From: Azolla caroliniana
Lineage: Eukaryota; Plantae; Polypodiophyta
Length of the DNA: 64,000 bases
NCBI GenBank assembly: GCA_043228905.1
Contig: JBHGNT010000011.1
Location: forward strand, 18,290,001-18,354,000
Direction of reading: 5' to 3'
Shown here: positions 41,086 through 53,308 of the stretch, piece after piece
Numbering within the stretch: the first letter of the stretch is position 1
Layout of the letters: every line of letters starts with the position of its first letter
The notes under the pieces: model-generated
Databases searched by the model: none
What the model saw: only the letters and a program-made list of their open reading frames with translations
What the model was told of the DNA's origin: nothing
Program-made: the position numbers and the translations under genes

Positions 41086-43354
41086 ACCTTGTCCCCGACT
41101 TTTCCCGGTTCAGGGGACTCCGGTACCGGTTTCTCCCCTGGTTATGGTCATCTTCCACAACCAAGGCCTTCGGGTCGGTTCCGGATTCCCGATCCTTCAG
41201 GCGAGCTTCTTCATCTAGCAAGCTCGACTTCACTCTTGCTAGGGATAGTTGCTTTCCTTCCGGTCTGGTGTTGCCCAAAGTGACAACTAGCGTCTCCCAA
41301 CTATCTGGGAGGGAACCGAGCTGGAGCAATGCAAGTACCTTGTTGGCCAGAGGTACTTCAAGCAAAGTTGTTTGATTTATGAGCCCTTGAAATGCATTCA
41401 TGTGCTCTTGCATGCTAGATCTGTCATGGTACCGGAGTCACACTAACTTCCGGAATACCGAAACCCGATTTACGACGTTTTTACTCTCCAACATGGTGCC
41501 GATTTTTTCCCAGAGCACATGAGCCTTACTTTCTTCATTGAAGTTGTTGTACATGCTCATGTTGATGAAGCACCATATGTATGCCGTCGTCTTCATGTGC
41601 ATCACGTCCCACGTCGCGGCATCGATCTTATCCGGTTTCTTGTCCCCGAACTATACCGGCAGCCAAAGATCTTTGACCACGAACATGTCCCTCATCTTTG
41701 ACTTCCACACTGGGTATTTGGAGCCGGTGAGCTTGAACATGCTTCCGAATGACTCTTTCATTTTCTTGTTCGCTTTGATACCAAATTGACGCGGAAATGA
41801 CGCTCAACCACAATTGAACCTTAAAACAACGAATGGAAGAGAGCAAACTGAAAATAAGATGACACAAAATCTTAACGTGGAAAAAAACCCTAAATGGGAA
41901 AAACCACAGGAGCCCACAAACTCCAACTATCACTATGAGGGGAGGAATACAATGTGAGACTCAAAGGCAAGGACCTCGACCTCTATGTCTTTGCCAACCG
42001 GCGGTTACAACAGAAACATGTGTTGAAGAAGTTGCCATTGGGAATGTTGTGATTATGCTTTTGCTATATGCAGATGATGTAGTGCTTTTTGCAAATACTT
42101 TAGGAGATGCACAAAAGCTTATGAAGGCATCGGAAAAATTTTGCATGCATACTAAATTAAGTGTCAATAGCTCTAAAACAAAGATTATGCTTGTGAAGAC
42201 CCAAAAAAGAGATAAACCATGCATTATGTACAACAATGAGCCACTTGAATGTGTGGAAAGCTTCAAATATCTTGGCCTTGAAGTTCCTTCAAATCATAGA
42301 TGGAATGAATGTGCTACACGCCGCTTAGAGGCGGGTAAGCGAGCATACTATGCATTTGAGAACACATGCAATCTTGGAGATATTAAGTGTTGGGTCCTCA
42401 AGAAATATCTTTTCAACACTTTGGTGACACTGGTTCTTCTCTATGGGGTGGAAGTATGGGGCGGTAGCATCCCTAAATCTATGTGGAAAGAGTTTGAAAA
42501 TGTCCAAAAACATTTTCTTACAAAGTTTCTACAAGTTAAGAAACAAACGCCCTACACCCTCCTCCTCCTTGAGACGGGATCGCTTCCCATTGAGATCATG
42601 GCCATGGAAAGGGTTGTTGAATACATGCTTAAGGTTCAAAAAAGTCCCTCACATCGACTTCCTAGAATTGCATGGGAAGCAAGCAAAAAGATCCAAAAGA
42701 CACATAAAAGCAAATTTTTTTGTTCCGGTTGGATGCAAGATATAGAAAAATGGTTTGGTAGATGGGATGTGAGACACTTGCTTCATGATGCATCATTAGA
42801 TTCCTCTGTAAATGAGGCCTTTTTGCAATGCCAATGTATCATGACATGGGACAAATGTGGACGCTTGCGCTTCACACATTATACTACACACGTTGCACCT
42901 AACTACAAAACCATATTCTTTGCAGAACGAGGAAATCGTACACATCGATACATGTTAGAGCCCATACCGTTATCTGCCATTCAAACCATTGCTTCCATGC
43001 GACTTAGCTCACATGCATTGCAATGTGAAATAGGGTGTTGGGGCACAAGTGATGAGAGTGGTCGGCTATGCACACTTTTCCCTAAATAAGTTCGTGAGTG
43101 TAAGTATCACACTTTGATACAATGCTTTGCCTTTAATCATATTCGACCATGCTTTCCACGTCTCTTCAACCGAGCCCAATCTTTGCATGAATTCCTCTTA
43201 CAACCACAATGTGCACTCTCGATTGCAACATTCATTGGTAAAGTTCTTGAACATCGAGAGTCACTACTCACTTTCACACGTATCACGTGAAATGTAATAT
43301 TTTTGGTCTCATAGGTCATATTTGACCTCCGAAGACGATAATATAATCTATCTA

Positions 43355-43389
<35 letters not shown>

Positions 43390-43632
43390 TATAGACCATC
43401 ATAACTATAAAGTGATTCCCCTAAGTCATATTTATACTTATATGACTTTTGGGCTATTTACAAATATAACCTTAATAGGCTAACCAGGAAACATATTTAC
43501 ACATATGTCGTTCGATCCGGTTTCTGGGTCTCATCCGAAACCCTTCCGGATCCGATTCCTTCATCCGTCTCGTCCAATCCGGCTCCTCCGGTTGTCATCC
43601 AGATCCCATCTGGAGGGACCGAATTCCCAACA
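41086..43632 (-). mobile_element. Truncated Ty1/copia (5' LTR + PBS + partial gag) nested in the gypsy
   Basis: LTR 43632-41787 with TG..CA ends, PBS TGGTATCAAAGC (41783-72), gag WKSKMRD..KDLW and GSLPDSWETLVVTL. Confidence 0.88.
42015..43355 (+). mobile_element. 5'-truncated non-LTR retrotransposon (RTE-X-like) inserted in the copia LTR
   Basis: LLYADD and ESFKYLG RT motifs, C-terminal RLSSHAL..E.G..C..H...C, and a (TC)n/(CA)n tail. Clade assignment is from motif recall only. Confidence 0.85.
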
Positions 43633-45979
43633 GAAGGGTCAATTGTTTGTTTGGTCTAAAGAAGCAGTCACGACTTTTGTGAGTCTTAAGAAAGCATTTA
43701 CATCAACTCCTATTCTAGCTCATGTTGATCCGAAAAAATCGTTCATCATTGAGGCAGACACGTCGGATTTCGCCCTAGCTAGCATTCTGTCACAACAAGG
43801 CGATGATGAAAAGCTACATCTTGTGGCTTTCCACTCACGCAAGTTTGACATTGCCGAAATCAACTATGAAATTCATGATAAGGAGCTATTAGCAATAGTG
43901 GACTCTTTTATGCAATGGAGGCATTTTCTAGAGGGATCTTCTCATCAAGTCACCGTATTCAGTGATCACAAAAACCTTGCCTACTTCCAGAATGCTCATG
44001 TATTAAATCGACGTCAAGCTCAATGGGCCCAATTCCTCACTCGTTTCGACTTCAAAATTATATATCATCCGGGGAAGTAGCAAGGGAAGGTAGATGCATT
44101 ATCACGACGCATGTATCTAGCACCGCGTCCCGGTGAGCTAGCATTCAATAACCAAAAGCAAGTAATCTTCGGACCGGCATGACTACAAACAACGCGGGTT
44201 TTTGTTATGCCATGGGATTCCCACATTATCGATACCATACGTGAGGACTTGAAGACATATGCTTTCACTCAAGCCATTCTAGCACAAATTGATCCCTCTC
44301 GAGCATCTTTTTCACAGTCGCAACAACCAGGTACGGACTATTGACAATTCGAATATCATGATGGATTACTATTCTTTAAGAAACTCTTGTATGTTCCTAA
44401 TGGTTCTTGTCGCCTTTGAGTAATCCAAAATTGTCATGACACATATACAGTTGGGCATTTTGTAGTACTAAAACGTTAGATTTAGTACAACGATCATTCT
44501 GGTGGCGTCATATGCGACGATTTGTCGAAGATTATGTTCGGACATGTGATACATGTTGTAGAGTAAAAATGCCAAGACATCATCCATATGGTTTATTAGA
44601 ACCATTACCAATTCCAAGCAAGTCGTGGCAATCCATTGCTCTAGACTTCATGATTCACATATCTTCCACTTTCTAAGGGATTTGATGTGATCTTAAAAGT
44701 AGTAGATCGATATATGAAAATGGCTCATTTCCAGCCGTGTACTAAGGAAATAACTAGTGAAGAAACCGCTGAAACCATCATGCGTGAGGTATGTTGGCAT
44801 CATGGCCTCCCTGATAGTATCATCAACGACCATGGACCCCAATTCGTCTCGAAATTCTAGAACCACCTTTTCAAAATGCTCAACGTCACTTGTAACCTCT
44901 CCTCCGGCTACCACCCACAAACATACGGACAAGCAAAACAAACAAATCAAACGTTGGAACAGTATCTTCGGTGCTTTCTAAGCTATCACCAAGATGATTG
45001 GGTGGATATTCTCCATTTCGCTGAATTTGCGTATAATAACTCTGTCCACTCATTGACTAAGGTTACACCGTTTTATGCATATATGGGCTATCATCTTGGG
45101 TGGTGTGTATTCAAAACTCTCGGAGTTACCCACAAATCCTTGTGCAGAGGATTGTTTGGAACGGCTACGCAAGATACATGCGGATTTATCTACTCATCTA
45201 CAACAAGCTCAACAAACACACAAGGATTATGCGGATCATCATCGGCTTCCATCCAGTTTTAACATTGGAGATCGGGTATGGCTATTACGATGACACATCA
45301 AGACTACTCACCCATGCGAGAAATTGGATTATCGACGATTAGGTCCTTTCCATATTATCGGAAAAATTAATGATGTCGCTTACGGATACATCTGGTGTTT
45401 CATTGTTCTCTCCTAGAACCCTATCAGGATAGCACCATCCCAGGTCGTATTAAACAATCTCCTCCCCCAATCGAACTTGAAGATGGACCTAAGTACGATG
45501 TTGCTGCCATCCTCGATTCCAAGATTGTTCGCAACAAGCTCTACTATATTTGGTTGATTGGCTAGGATATAGTCCCAATGAGCGTACTTGGGAACCAATA
45601 GAGAATGTGACCAATGCTCGTGCTCTTCTTGAATATTATTTTCATTTATTATTTCACTATAGAAAATTGATGTATATTCCAAATTTCTCTGGAACATTCA
45701 AGAGTGCTCCTAAAAACACTATAAAAGGAGCCACAATGAATTATTTCGAACCAAATCGGTTCAACGCCAGTCTTAAGCCTCCTAGCTATACTTGTACTCT
45801 CTCTCTCTCTCTCTCTCTCTTTATCGTAATTAGCTTACCCTAATCTATCTCTCTCGTAATTAACTTACCCTAATGGTAAGTCGATAACACTACAAGCACT
45901 GTGTCTTGGGTTCAAAACCTAATTTCCTCACCTCTCTATTATATACTTCATATATATCTCTATTTCACTAGATGCCACT

Positions 45980-46050
45980 GTGGAATGTAGGGGTTGAACC
46001 CATGACCACCTGGTCTCCATTGGGCAACCTTACCAATTGAGCTACATCCA
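45980..46050 (-). mobile_element. tRNA-derived SINE-like head or pseudo-tRNA
   Basis: A-box TAGCTCAATTGG and B-box GGTTCAACCCC at tRNA-like spacing; anticodon arm does not pair well. Confidence 0.6.
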
Positions 46051-46299
46051 TCTACTCTCTCTCTCTCTCTCTCTCTTCTTCTTCTCTCGAGTGTTCACCA
46101 CCCTCTTTTCCTCTTAGTACTAATATTCATCTCTTAGTACTAATTTCCTCTCTATTTTAGTACTATTCCTGACACCATCTAGGACAAAGGAATATTTTAT
46201 AGGTGGAATTTTGACAAGGTTGAGTGGTTTCAGTCTACACCAAAATATTTATTTATTTACTTATTTAATGAAGATTCACCTTGGTATTAATGGAAAGAT

Positions 46300-47570
46300 G
46301 CCGAAAGGCTACAACGAATTCATACAATATATTACAACCCTCATATCCATATAAACCAGCATGTCAAGTATCAAAAGCCCTCATGTAGGTTTGTTCGAAA
46401 CTGTTGTTGTTTACGAATCACAACCTCATGCTCACCAGTTATCGCTTCATATTGACCTCTTAGAGTATGTAAGAGAATTAAATATATCTCCTTGACTAAC
46501 TCAACTGCATTCTCTTTAACTTTCTGAAATACATATTTGCATCTAGCCTTCCACAATACCCAAACTACTAAAGAAGATATCGTAGACTAGACCTTGTCCT
46601 CTTCCAAACAATGGATTGTTGTATTATAAGAGACCTCCAATACATGTCTTCCATCGGAGAGGAGAAGAAAATCAACATACTCCTTTTCATAGTTTGGAAT
46701 TTCTTTAGCCAATCTTCCCCATCTCACAAAACCCAATGTGTACACCTCCTTACCATAAATAGGATACAACATTCTCAACATTCTTTTCCAAACTACTCTA
46801 ACAAGACCATATCCATAAAACATGGTAAACCGATTCAATGGGAGAACCACAACTATCACATTTTTAATCATGGTAATGCCCCCGCATCCATGACTTCACA
46901 AGAATGCCATAACATGTCAACAACCATCTAAATAACACAACTTTTTTAGGAATTTGCATGGCCCATAACCATTTCCAATAAGCATTCAACCAAGAGTTTG
47001 TTACATTAACATATCTCCAAAATTTACAAACCGATGGCGTAACAACACTTCACAAGAATGCCATAACGTGTCAACAACCATCTAAATAACACAACCTTTT
47101 TAGGAATTTGCGTGGCCCATAACCATTTCCAATAAACATTCAACCAAGAGTTTGTTACATTAACAGATCTCCAAAATTTACAAGCCGATGGCATAACAAC
47201 CACACCCCTCCTTAGCATTTCTCTACCCATTTCTATTGAATACTAAAAAAATGGGATTTGCTTACCTAGCATTCCTTGCACTGATATGGTTTGCCATTTC
47301 CACTCACCAGGATCCCACAAAAGGCGATCAATGGGCTTATTCTCATAGACCCACAATTCAAAGAGATTGTTTATATCATTTGGATGTGGATTCAACATCC
47401 ATTTTTTTATCTTTCTTCCACAATATACGAATAGGCAACATATTCCCTTGAGTTACAATTCCGTCTTCCACAAAGAGAGAATGAAGTCGTCCAAAAGGCA
47501 AAACATCGAAGTAAAGGCATTCATGAGAGTTTTTATAACCCCTGACCCCCAACATGACATGTAACCCCGA
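46300..47570 (-). mobile_element. Degenerate L1-like LINE 3' part (zf-RVT) with an internal 154-bp tandem duplication (46893-47199)
   Basis: WKWLWATQIPKKVVLFRWLL and WKARCKYVF motifs; the duplicated unit starts at 46893 and 47047. Confidence 0.75.
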
Positions 47571-48202
47571 AATATTTATTTACTTAACATTGATAAAAAT
47601 AAACAAGGGTAATTACCTATGTGTCCATATTTCATGTACAACCCTAGGGCCAAGACTTGTACTTGCATAATGATGATAATAGGGATTAATGCATGTTTGT
47701 GGGGTGCGGGTGCTAAGCTTGACTCAAGCATGCATATGGAGCTAAGATAACATGAAAAATGCCACTTGAATGAGTGACCGCATGAGGGATTGCCCATTTA
47801 AAGAGTAGTTTGATCCGGTTAGAACACACCAAAATTAATGCTCACACACATCTAAAGAACTAAGATTAATTCTTTAACTTTTTGGAAAAAAGAAGAAGAT
47901 TAATTCTTTAGAGTGTAAATAATACATAGAGGGGAGATAATAAGATAATGATGTATGTGTATGTGTGTGCGTGTGTGTATGAGGGAGAGATAGAGATTCA
48001 TGATTGCGGGCCCTGGGGCTCCCATTAGGTTCACCCTAAAGTAGACAAGGATTGGAGACAAATACATGCTTTCATTGAATGATGCATCATTTCATCGGAA
48101 GAAAATACACATAGGTTCATTAAATGCCCTATAGCTCATACATTTTTAAGTACTTACAAGAGATTTAACATGTGTTATCCCATTGCTATTTGATGCCTCA
48201 AC

Positions 48203-49014
48203 CATAGTACGTAAAATTCGTGTTCGTCAAGCTTATCATTCGTTTTCCTACGTTGGAAAACGAACACGAATGATATTAAAAAGTTCGTGTGTTTAGGGTT
48301 TAATAATCGCTATTAGGGTTTAATAATCGCTATTAGGGTTTAAATTTCCTAAACGAAATTTCAGAAATTTCTCTGATGAAATTTCAGACATTTCATCTCA
48401 GAAATTTCATGGCTGAAATTTTAGAAATTTCAGACATGAAATTTTAGAAATTTCAGAGATGATCAGACATGAAATTTCAGAAATTTCATGGCTGAGATTT
48501 CAGACATGATATCTCGGAAATTAAAAAAATGCATATTATTATTAAAAAGGTAATGTGTTTTTTTTTGCAATTTTAAATTTTTTTTTTACCTTGAAAAAAT
48601 ATTTATCTTATAGTAAATAGTTTAACCAAAAGTATAGTATTTATCATTCTTCGAGGGTGTTTACCCTTCTCGAATGATTGAATCATTCTCGAACACGAAT
48701 GCACGAATGGTATGCATGGTTCATACCATAGTACGTAAAATTCGTGTTCGTCTAGTATAACATTCGTTTTTTTATGTTGGAAAACGAATGCGAATGTTAT
48801 CCAAACATTCTTGTGCTTTTTTTTTTGTTTTTTTCCCATTTTTTTAATGTTTTTCTTTTGTTTTTTTTTTCATTTTTAGGCTTATCTACCTCATAATAAA
48901 TAGTTAATCCAAAAGTATGATATTTATCATTCTTTGAGGGTGTTTTTCTTTCGCGAATGATTGAATCATTCGCGAAATGCGAATGCACGTATGGTACGTA
49001 TGGTTCATACTATG
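48203..49014. mobile_element. Non-autonomous hAT-type element, head-to-tail dimer
   Basis: 8-bp TSD GCCTCAAC (48195-202 and 49015-22), TIR CATAGTA/TACTATG, second unit begins at 48727. Confidence 0.85.
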
Positions 49015-49059
49015 GCCTCAACCATAAGTTTTTGCTCAATTGTCCTAATGATAAAGATC

Positions 49060-49960
49060 TTGTTTTTTTATGATATTGGGGGTTGCATCAGTACATTTAG
49101 ATTATGAATAATTATTTTAAGTTCAATGGTGGGCATGGGTTGAAAGCCTATGTTAAGAAATTGAAAGCCATTCTCATGTGGAATTTTAGGGTGGGGATCA
49201 TTTCCTCAAATGCATATTTAGGGTTTTCAATGGTTGTAGAGGACGTCCATCTACCTACACATGCAAGTAGAGAAGGACAAGAAGTTGTTACAGAGGGTTC
49301 CAAATATAATTAATATAATTGTTTGAGAGAGAGAGAGAGAGAGAGATCTTACAACGTAGTTGGCATTCTAAATTGCCACTTGTAGCAAAGGTCTTCATTT
49401 GGAGAGTTTTGATTGGAGGATTGCCTTTGAGATTAGCTCTAAAGTGTCGTGGACTAGCAATGGGTAATTGCTTTTTTTGCATTGTTCAAATGGAAGATAA
49501 TACTCATCGATTTATACAATGTTCGATTTCTTGTCAGATTTGGAGTTACATTTCTCAAATTTGGCAAGTCCTATCACGGTGTTATTTGACACCTAGACAG
49601 TGGGTGTTTGCACAATTTACACAGGTTGACCCAAAATCAGAGATGGAGATTGTTTTTCTATTTTTGAGATATTGGGGATTGCGTCATAATTGGAATATGT
49701 GCAACACTTTTGTATTCGATGGTAAACATGGAGTGAAAGCATATATATGAAAGTTGAAGGGTGTACTAATGTGGCAATTTTCTTTATTGGAGCAAGTGGA
49801 AATTCTTTCCTCGGTGGAGTGTTCGTCTTGCCTATTGGCAATTCAACATGTTCCACTACCCATGTAGTGTAGTTAGTGGGTGACCATATTTCATTGTCAC
49901 ACCCATTGTCGGTAGTGTTTTTTACACACATTTATATTAATATAATTGTGTGTTTTCACC
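49060..49960 (+). mobile_element. Two stacked 5'-truncated L1-like LINE ends (49060-49322 and 49346-49960, zf-RVT) separated by (GA)n
   Basis: WHSKLPLVAKVFIWRVL..GLP..CFFC..ED..H...C. The first piece is homologous to the 3' part of the second, and both end near attaatataattg. Confidence 0.8.
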
Positions 49961-49961
49961 A

Positions 49962-50312
49962 AGAGAGAGAGAGATTCTAGTATTGTCTTCGGAGGTAAGA
50001 TATGACGTATGAGACCAAAAATATTACATTTCACATGCTACGTGTGACAGTGAGTAGTGACTCTCAATGTTCAAGAACTTTACTAATGAATGTTACAATC
50101 GAGAGTGCACATTGTGGTTGTGACAAAAATTCGTGCAAGGATTGGGCTTGGTCGAAGATGTGTGGAAAGCATGGTCAAATATGACCGAAGGCAAAGCATT
50201 GTATCAAAGTGTGATACTCAAACTCTCGAACTTGTTTAGGGCAAAGTGTGCATAGCCAACTACTATCATCCCTTGTGCCCCAATGCCCCATCTCATATCG
50301 CAATGCATGAAT
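49962..50312 (-). mobile_element. 3' fragment of the RTE-X-like LINE with (TC)n tail
   Basis: Reverse complement aligns with ~43010-43355; the 50002-50184 ORF parallels the 43137-43388 ORF. Confidence 0.9.
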
Positions 50313-50540
50313 CCATGAATCATCATTCCCAGCCTTGGCTCCTCTTCTTCTTAAATAAATGAAAGTAAAAGTTCAAATGACCCAAAGCAATGATTTGGCG
50401 AAACATACAAGTAGCTCTTCCATTGGGTTTCGCCTTGCAACAACAATAACTTCTTTACACCTCTCCCCGTTGTCGTTCCAAGTACATAGTCATCGGTACC
50501 TCTTGAACTTACCTTCACGAAGTATGAAGAGGGGCTCATA

Positions 50541-50649
50541 TATAAAAATATATATTTATAAACATATCTCAATAATAAATGGTGATATATATATTATATA
50601 TATATCACCATTTATTATTGAGATATGTTTATAAATATATATTTTTATA
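50541..50649. repeat. Perfect AT-rich palindrome (54-bp arms, 1-nt centre)
   Basis: tataaaaatatatatttataaacatatctcaataataaatggtgatatatatat, one T, then the exact reverse complement. Confidence 0.95.
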
Positions 50650-51365
50650 AGAAAATATGTTTATAAATATATATATATTCATATTAATATATAAGAAAAG
50701 AAAATTTACTAAAGAGTCAAAATAGAGGGTCCAGATGGTTGTTTGGTGGAGTCCATAAGGTAATATGTTCGACCCCTATATTCTATAATGTCATATATAT
50801 ATGTGAGCCATTATACAAGCTAAAAGAGCATTTTAGGCGAGGACGGATGGGCACGAGAATCAAACGACAACATGTGGTTTTTCTTCCCATAATAACTACA
50901 CGGCTTCTGAATGATATCTATCATGGCATTTAGATTAAACTAGTCGAAAGTTAGGCAACATAACCGTACTTTTTGGGGTTGAATTTTCCATAAGTCAAAC
51001 TAGAACCCATCGGAGTGGGATACACGAGCAGGAATTTAGTTTCTGAGATTTCAATATATTGACCAAGCCCCAAGCAAAACCACCACGAATGCTCACAAAT
51101 TGTTTTCGCCGTAACATTGCAGGACAAAAAGCTGGTCCAGCCTCATGTTTCGGGGGTGGGGGGCAAAATAGAGATGGTTTTCGGGATGGCCAATTTGTCT
51201 TTCATAATGACCTGGCCTATGGCCCTTTTGGTTACAAACATACATCCACATTTAAAAAAATTGGGATTAGAAGAGCTCTCTCTCTCTCTATGAAGCAAAA
51301 AGCAAAAAGGATATATTTCAGAAAAAAGAAAGAGACAAATAGAAAAAACAAAACAGATAAAAAGA

Positions 51366-53308
51366 ATGAGTAGCTCTACCTTATACTCTGCATCAAGATG
51401 GCCTCTCTCTGCTGCCATGTCTTCTCAACGTCTGCGCCTACACAGACCTCGCCTGGGCTTCTCCCCCAGAATGGAGGTAAGATTTTTTTTAAAACCCCCC
51501 AAAAAAAGAAAAACTTCTCATTCCTCACTTTTCCCTCCCTCCCTCTTACTGCTTTTAGGGTTTTTGATCATCTAAAGTGTTGTTTTTATTTGTGTGTGTG
51601 TCTAGTCCTTTTGGACAGGGCATATTCCAAGTAGCCATAAATCTCTGCTAGAGATTCTCAGGCAAGAGAAGGTGATCAGATCTTCAAGAGTATTTGAAAC
51701 CATGGAAAAGCTTGATAGGAAGCTTTTTGTTCATGGAGATGGGAACTCACCTTATGCAGACAGCCCTATGCCAATTGGCTATAACGCTACCATTTCGGCT
51801 CCTCACATGCATGCCCACTGCCTGGAATTGCTGTTGAACCATTTGCAACCTGGCATGAATGCCCTTGATGTTGGATCAGGTATCTTTGTTTCTTTTTTGA
51901 ATCATAGATTTCTTCTAGTTGGTTGCTTTAATTGGCGAGAAATATCCTGTCCATAGTCATGCTTTCAATAGTTATGCATGATTCTTTTGTTTTGTTTTTG
52001 TGCAGTCATTTAAACATGGTTATATTTTATAGATTCCTTAACCTTGGACAGGTTTGTGAAAATCAACATTATTTTTTTAGATCGCAGAAACTTATTGTGA
52101 ATTTTTTTTGCTTCACAGATTGCATGCTGTAAGAACTTTTACATAGTTTCAACACTTGGGGGGTTGGGGAGAATGAATCTATAAACTTGTGTTTGAGAAG
52201 AAAGTGCTAGTTAACTCAGTGCTTTAGACTTGAATCAGCACTATTAAAATTATAATGCATTAGCTTTACAACTATGCACATTGTTGCGCATTGCTAATGA
52301 ACTTTTAAAGGAAATGCCTTTACACTGTTTTTAGTGCATAATGTCTTGTTTTCTACCCTCTTGACTTGTGCGTTGTGTAATGATATGAGAGAATGATTGT
52401 TTTTTGTATAGGCACGGGATACTTAACGGCATGTTTTGCACTCATGGTGGGAGAGAAAGGACGAGCAGTGGGCATCGAGCATATTCCTCAACTAGTTGAG
52501 CATGCAATTGAGAATGTAAAGGCAAGCCAAGCAACATCTTTGTTGGCATCTGGAAGGCTCACATTTCATGTTGGTGGTTAGTATTATTTCCCTTTTGGAT
52601 GACGTGCAAATTGATTGGTATACCTACTTATCAGTTGATCAGCATACAGTATGCTGCAGTCAGGCTAGAGAGAGACTGATTAACTCATCAATGGCTTTTT
52701 GATTGGCAACTGTTTGTACAGTATGGACATAGACCTTGGACTAATTAGCATAAATACAGTTTTGACATAGACCGTTGAACTGTTACAAATATGGTCCAGA
52801 TGTTGACCAGGGTTAACCGACAAGTATGGACATAGTTCTAGGATTAACTGGTATAAATAGTCTTGCAACCTATTGTGCACTCTTTTTTGCTGATGGCTTA
52901 TTTCTAGATTGTGGCTTAATTGACGCCATTAATGCATGCTTGCACATGCTCAGTATAATGGCCATTGATTTATGATTACCCAAATATTTGTTCTTGCAAT
53001 ATCAATTAATGCATGTGTGTAACAATATATAAGTTGAATTTATTTGGACTCCAAGTGTAGATGGGAGGGAGGGATGGCCAGATGAAAGCCCTTATGATGC
53101 TATTCATGTCGGCGCAGCAGCATCTAAGGTTCCAGATGCATTAATTAAGCAATTGAAATTGGGTGGTAGAATGGTGATTCCAGTTGGCGGCTTCTTTCAA
53201 GATCTATGTGTCATTGAGAAACAACCAGATGGGTCTATGAAGCAATGGTCAGAGGCATCTGTTCGATATGTTCCTCTAACAAGCAAGAAAGAACAGTTAG
53301 GGTTTTGA
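51366..53308 (+). CDS. PIMT: Protein-L-isoaspartate O-methyltransferase
   Basis: PYADSPMPIGYNATISAPHMHA, LDVGSGTGY, GIEHIPQL, DGREGWPDESPYDAIHVGAAA and GGRMVIPVG. Exons 51471 (or 51366/51417)-51476, 51606-51879, 52412-52576, 53061-53308; core 230 aa. Confidence 0.95.

Larger units (their letters stand above)
39316..45630 (+). mobile_element. Decayed chromovirus-type Ty3/gypsy (PR-RT-RH-INT-chromodomain), interrupted at 41086-43632, LTRs not found
   Basis: ALLDSRA protease, [26 protein letters not shown](A/T)SDF/YEIHDKELLAI RNase H, GYHPQTYGQ integrase and chromodomain YDVAAILDS...VDWLGYSPNERTWEP. Many stops and frameshifts. Confidence 0.92.

Noticed and set aside
41935-43089. 384-aa ORF as a domesticated RT gene
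   Set aside because: The N-terminus is LTR sequence, the RT is 5'-truncated, and a premature stop cuts the zinc knuckle.
45980-46050. Functional tRNA gene
   Set aside because: The cloverleaf arms do not pair properly; kept only as a SINE-like or pseudo-tRNA feature.
48293-48341. TTAGGGTTT repeats as a telomere remnant or telomerase RNA template
   Set aside because: They are spaced by non-telomeric sequence and lie inside a TSD-flanked DNA element.
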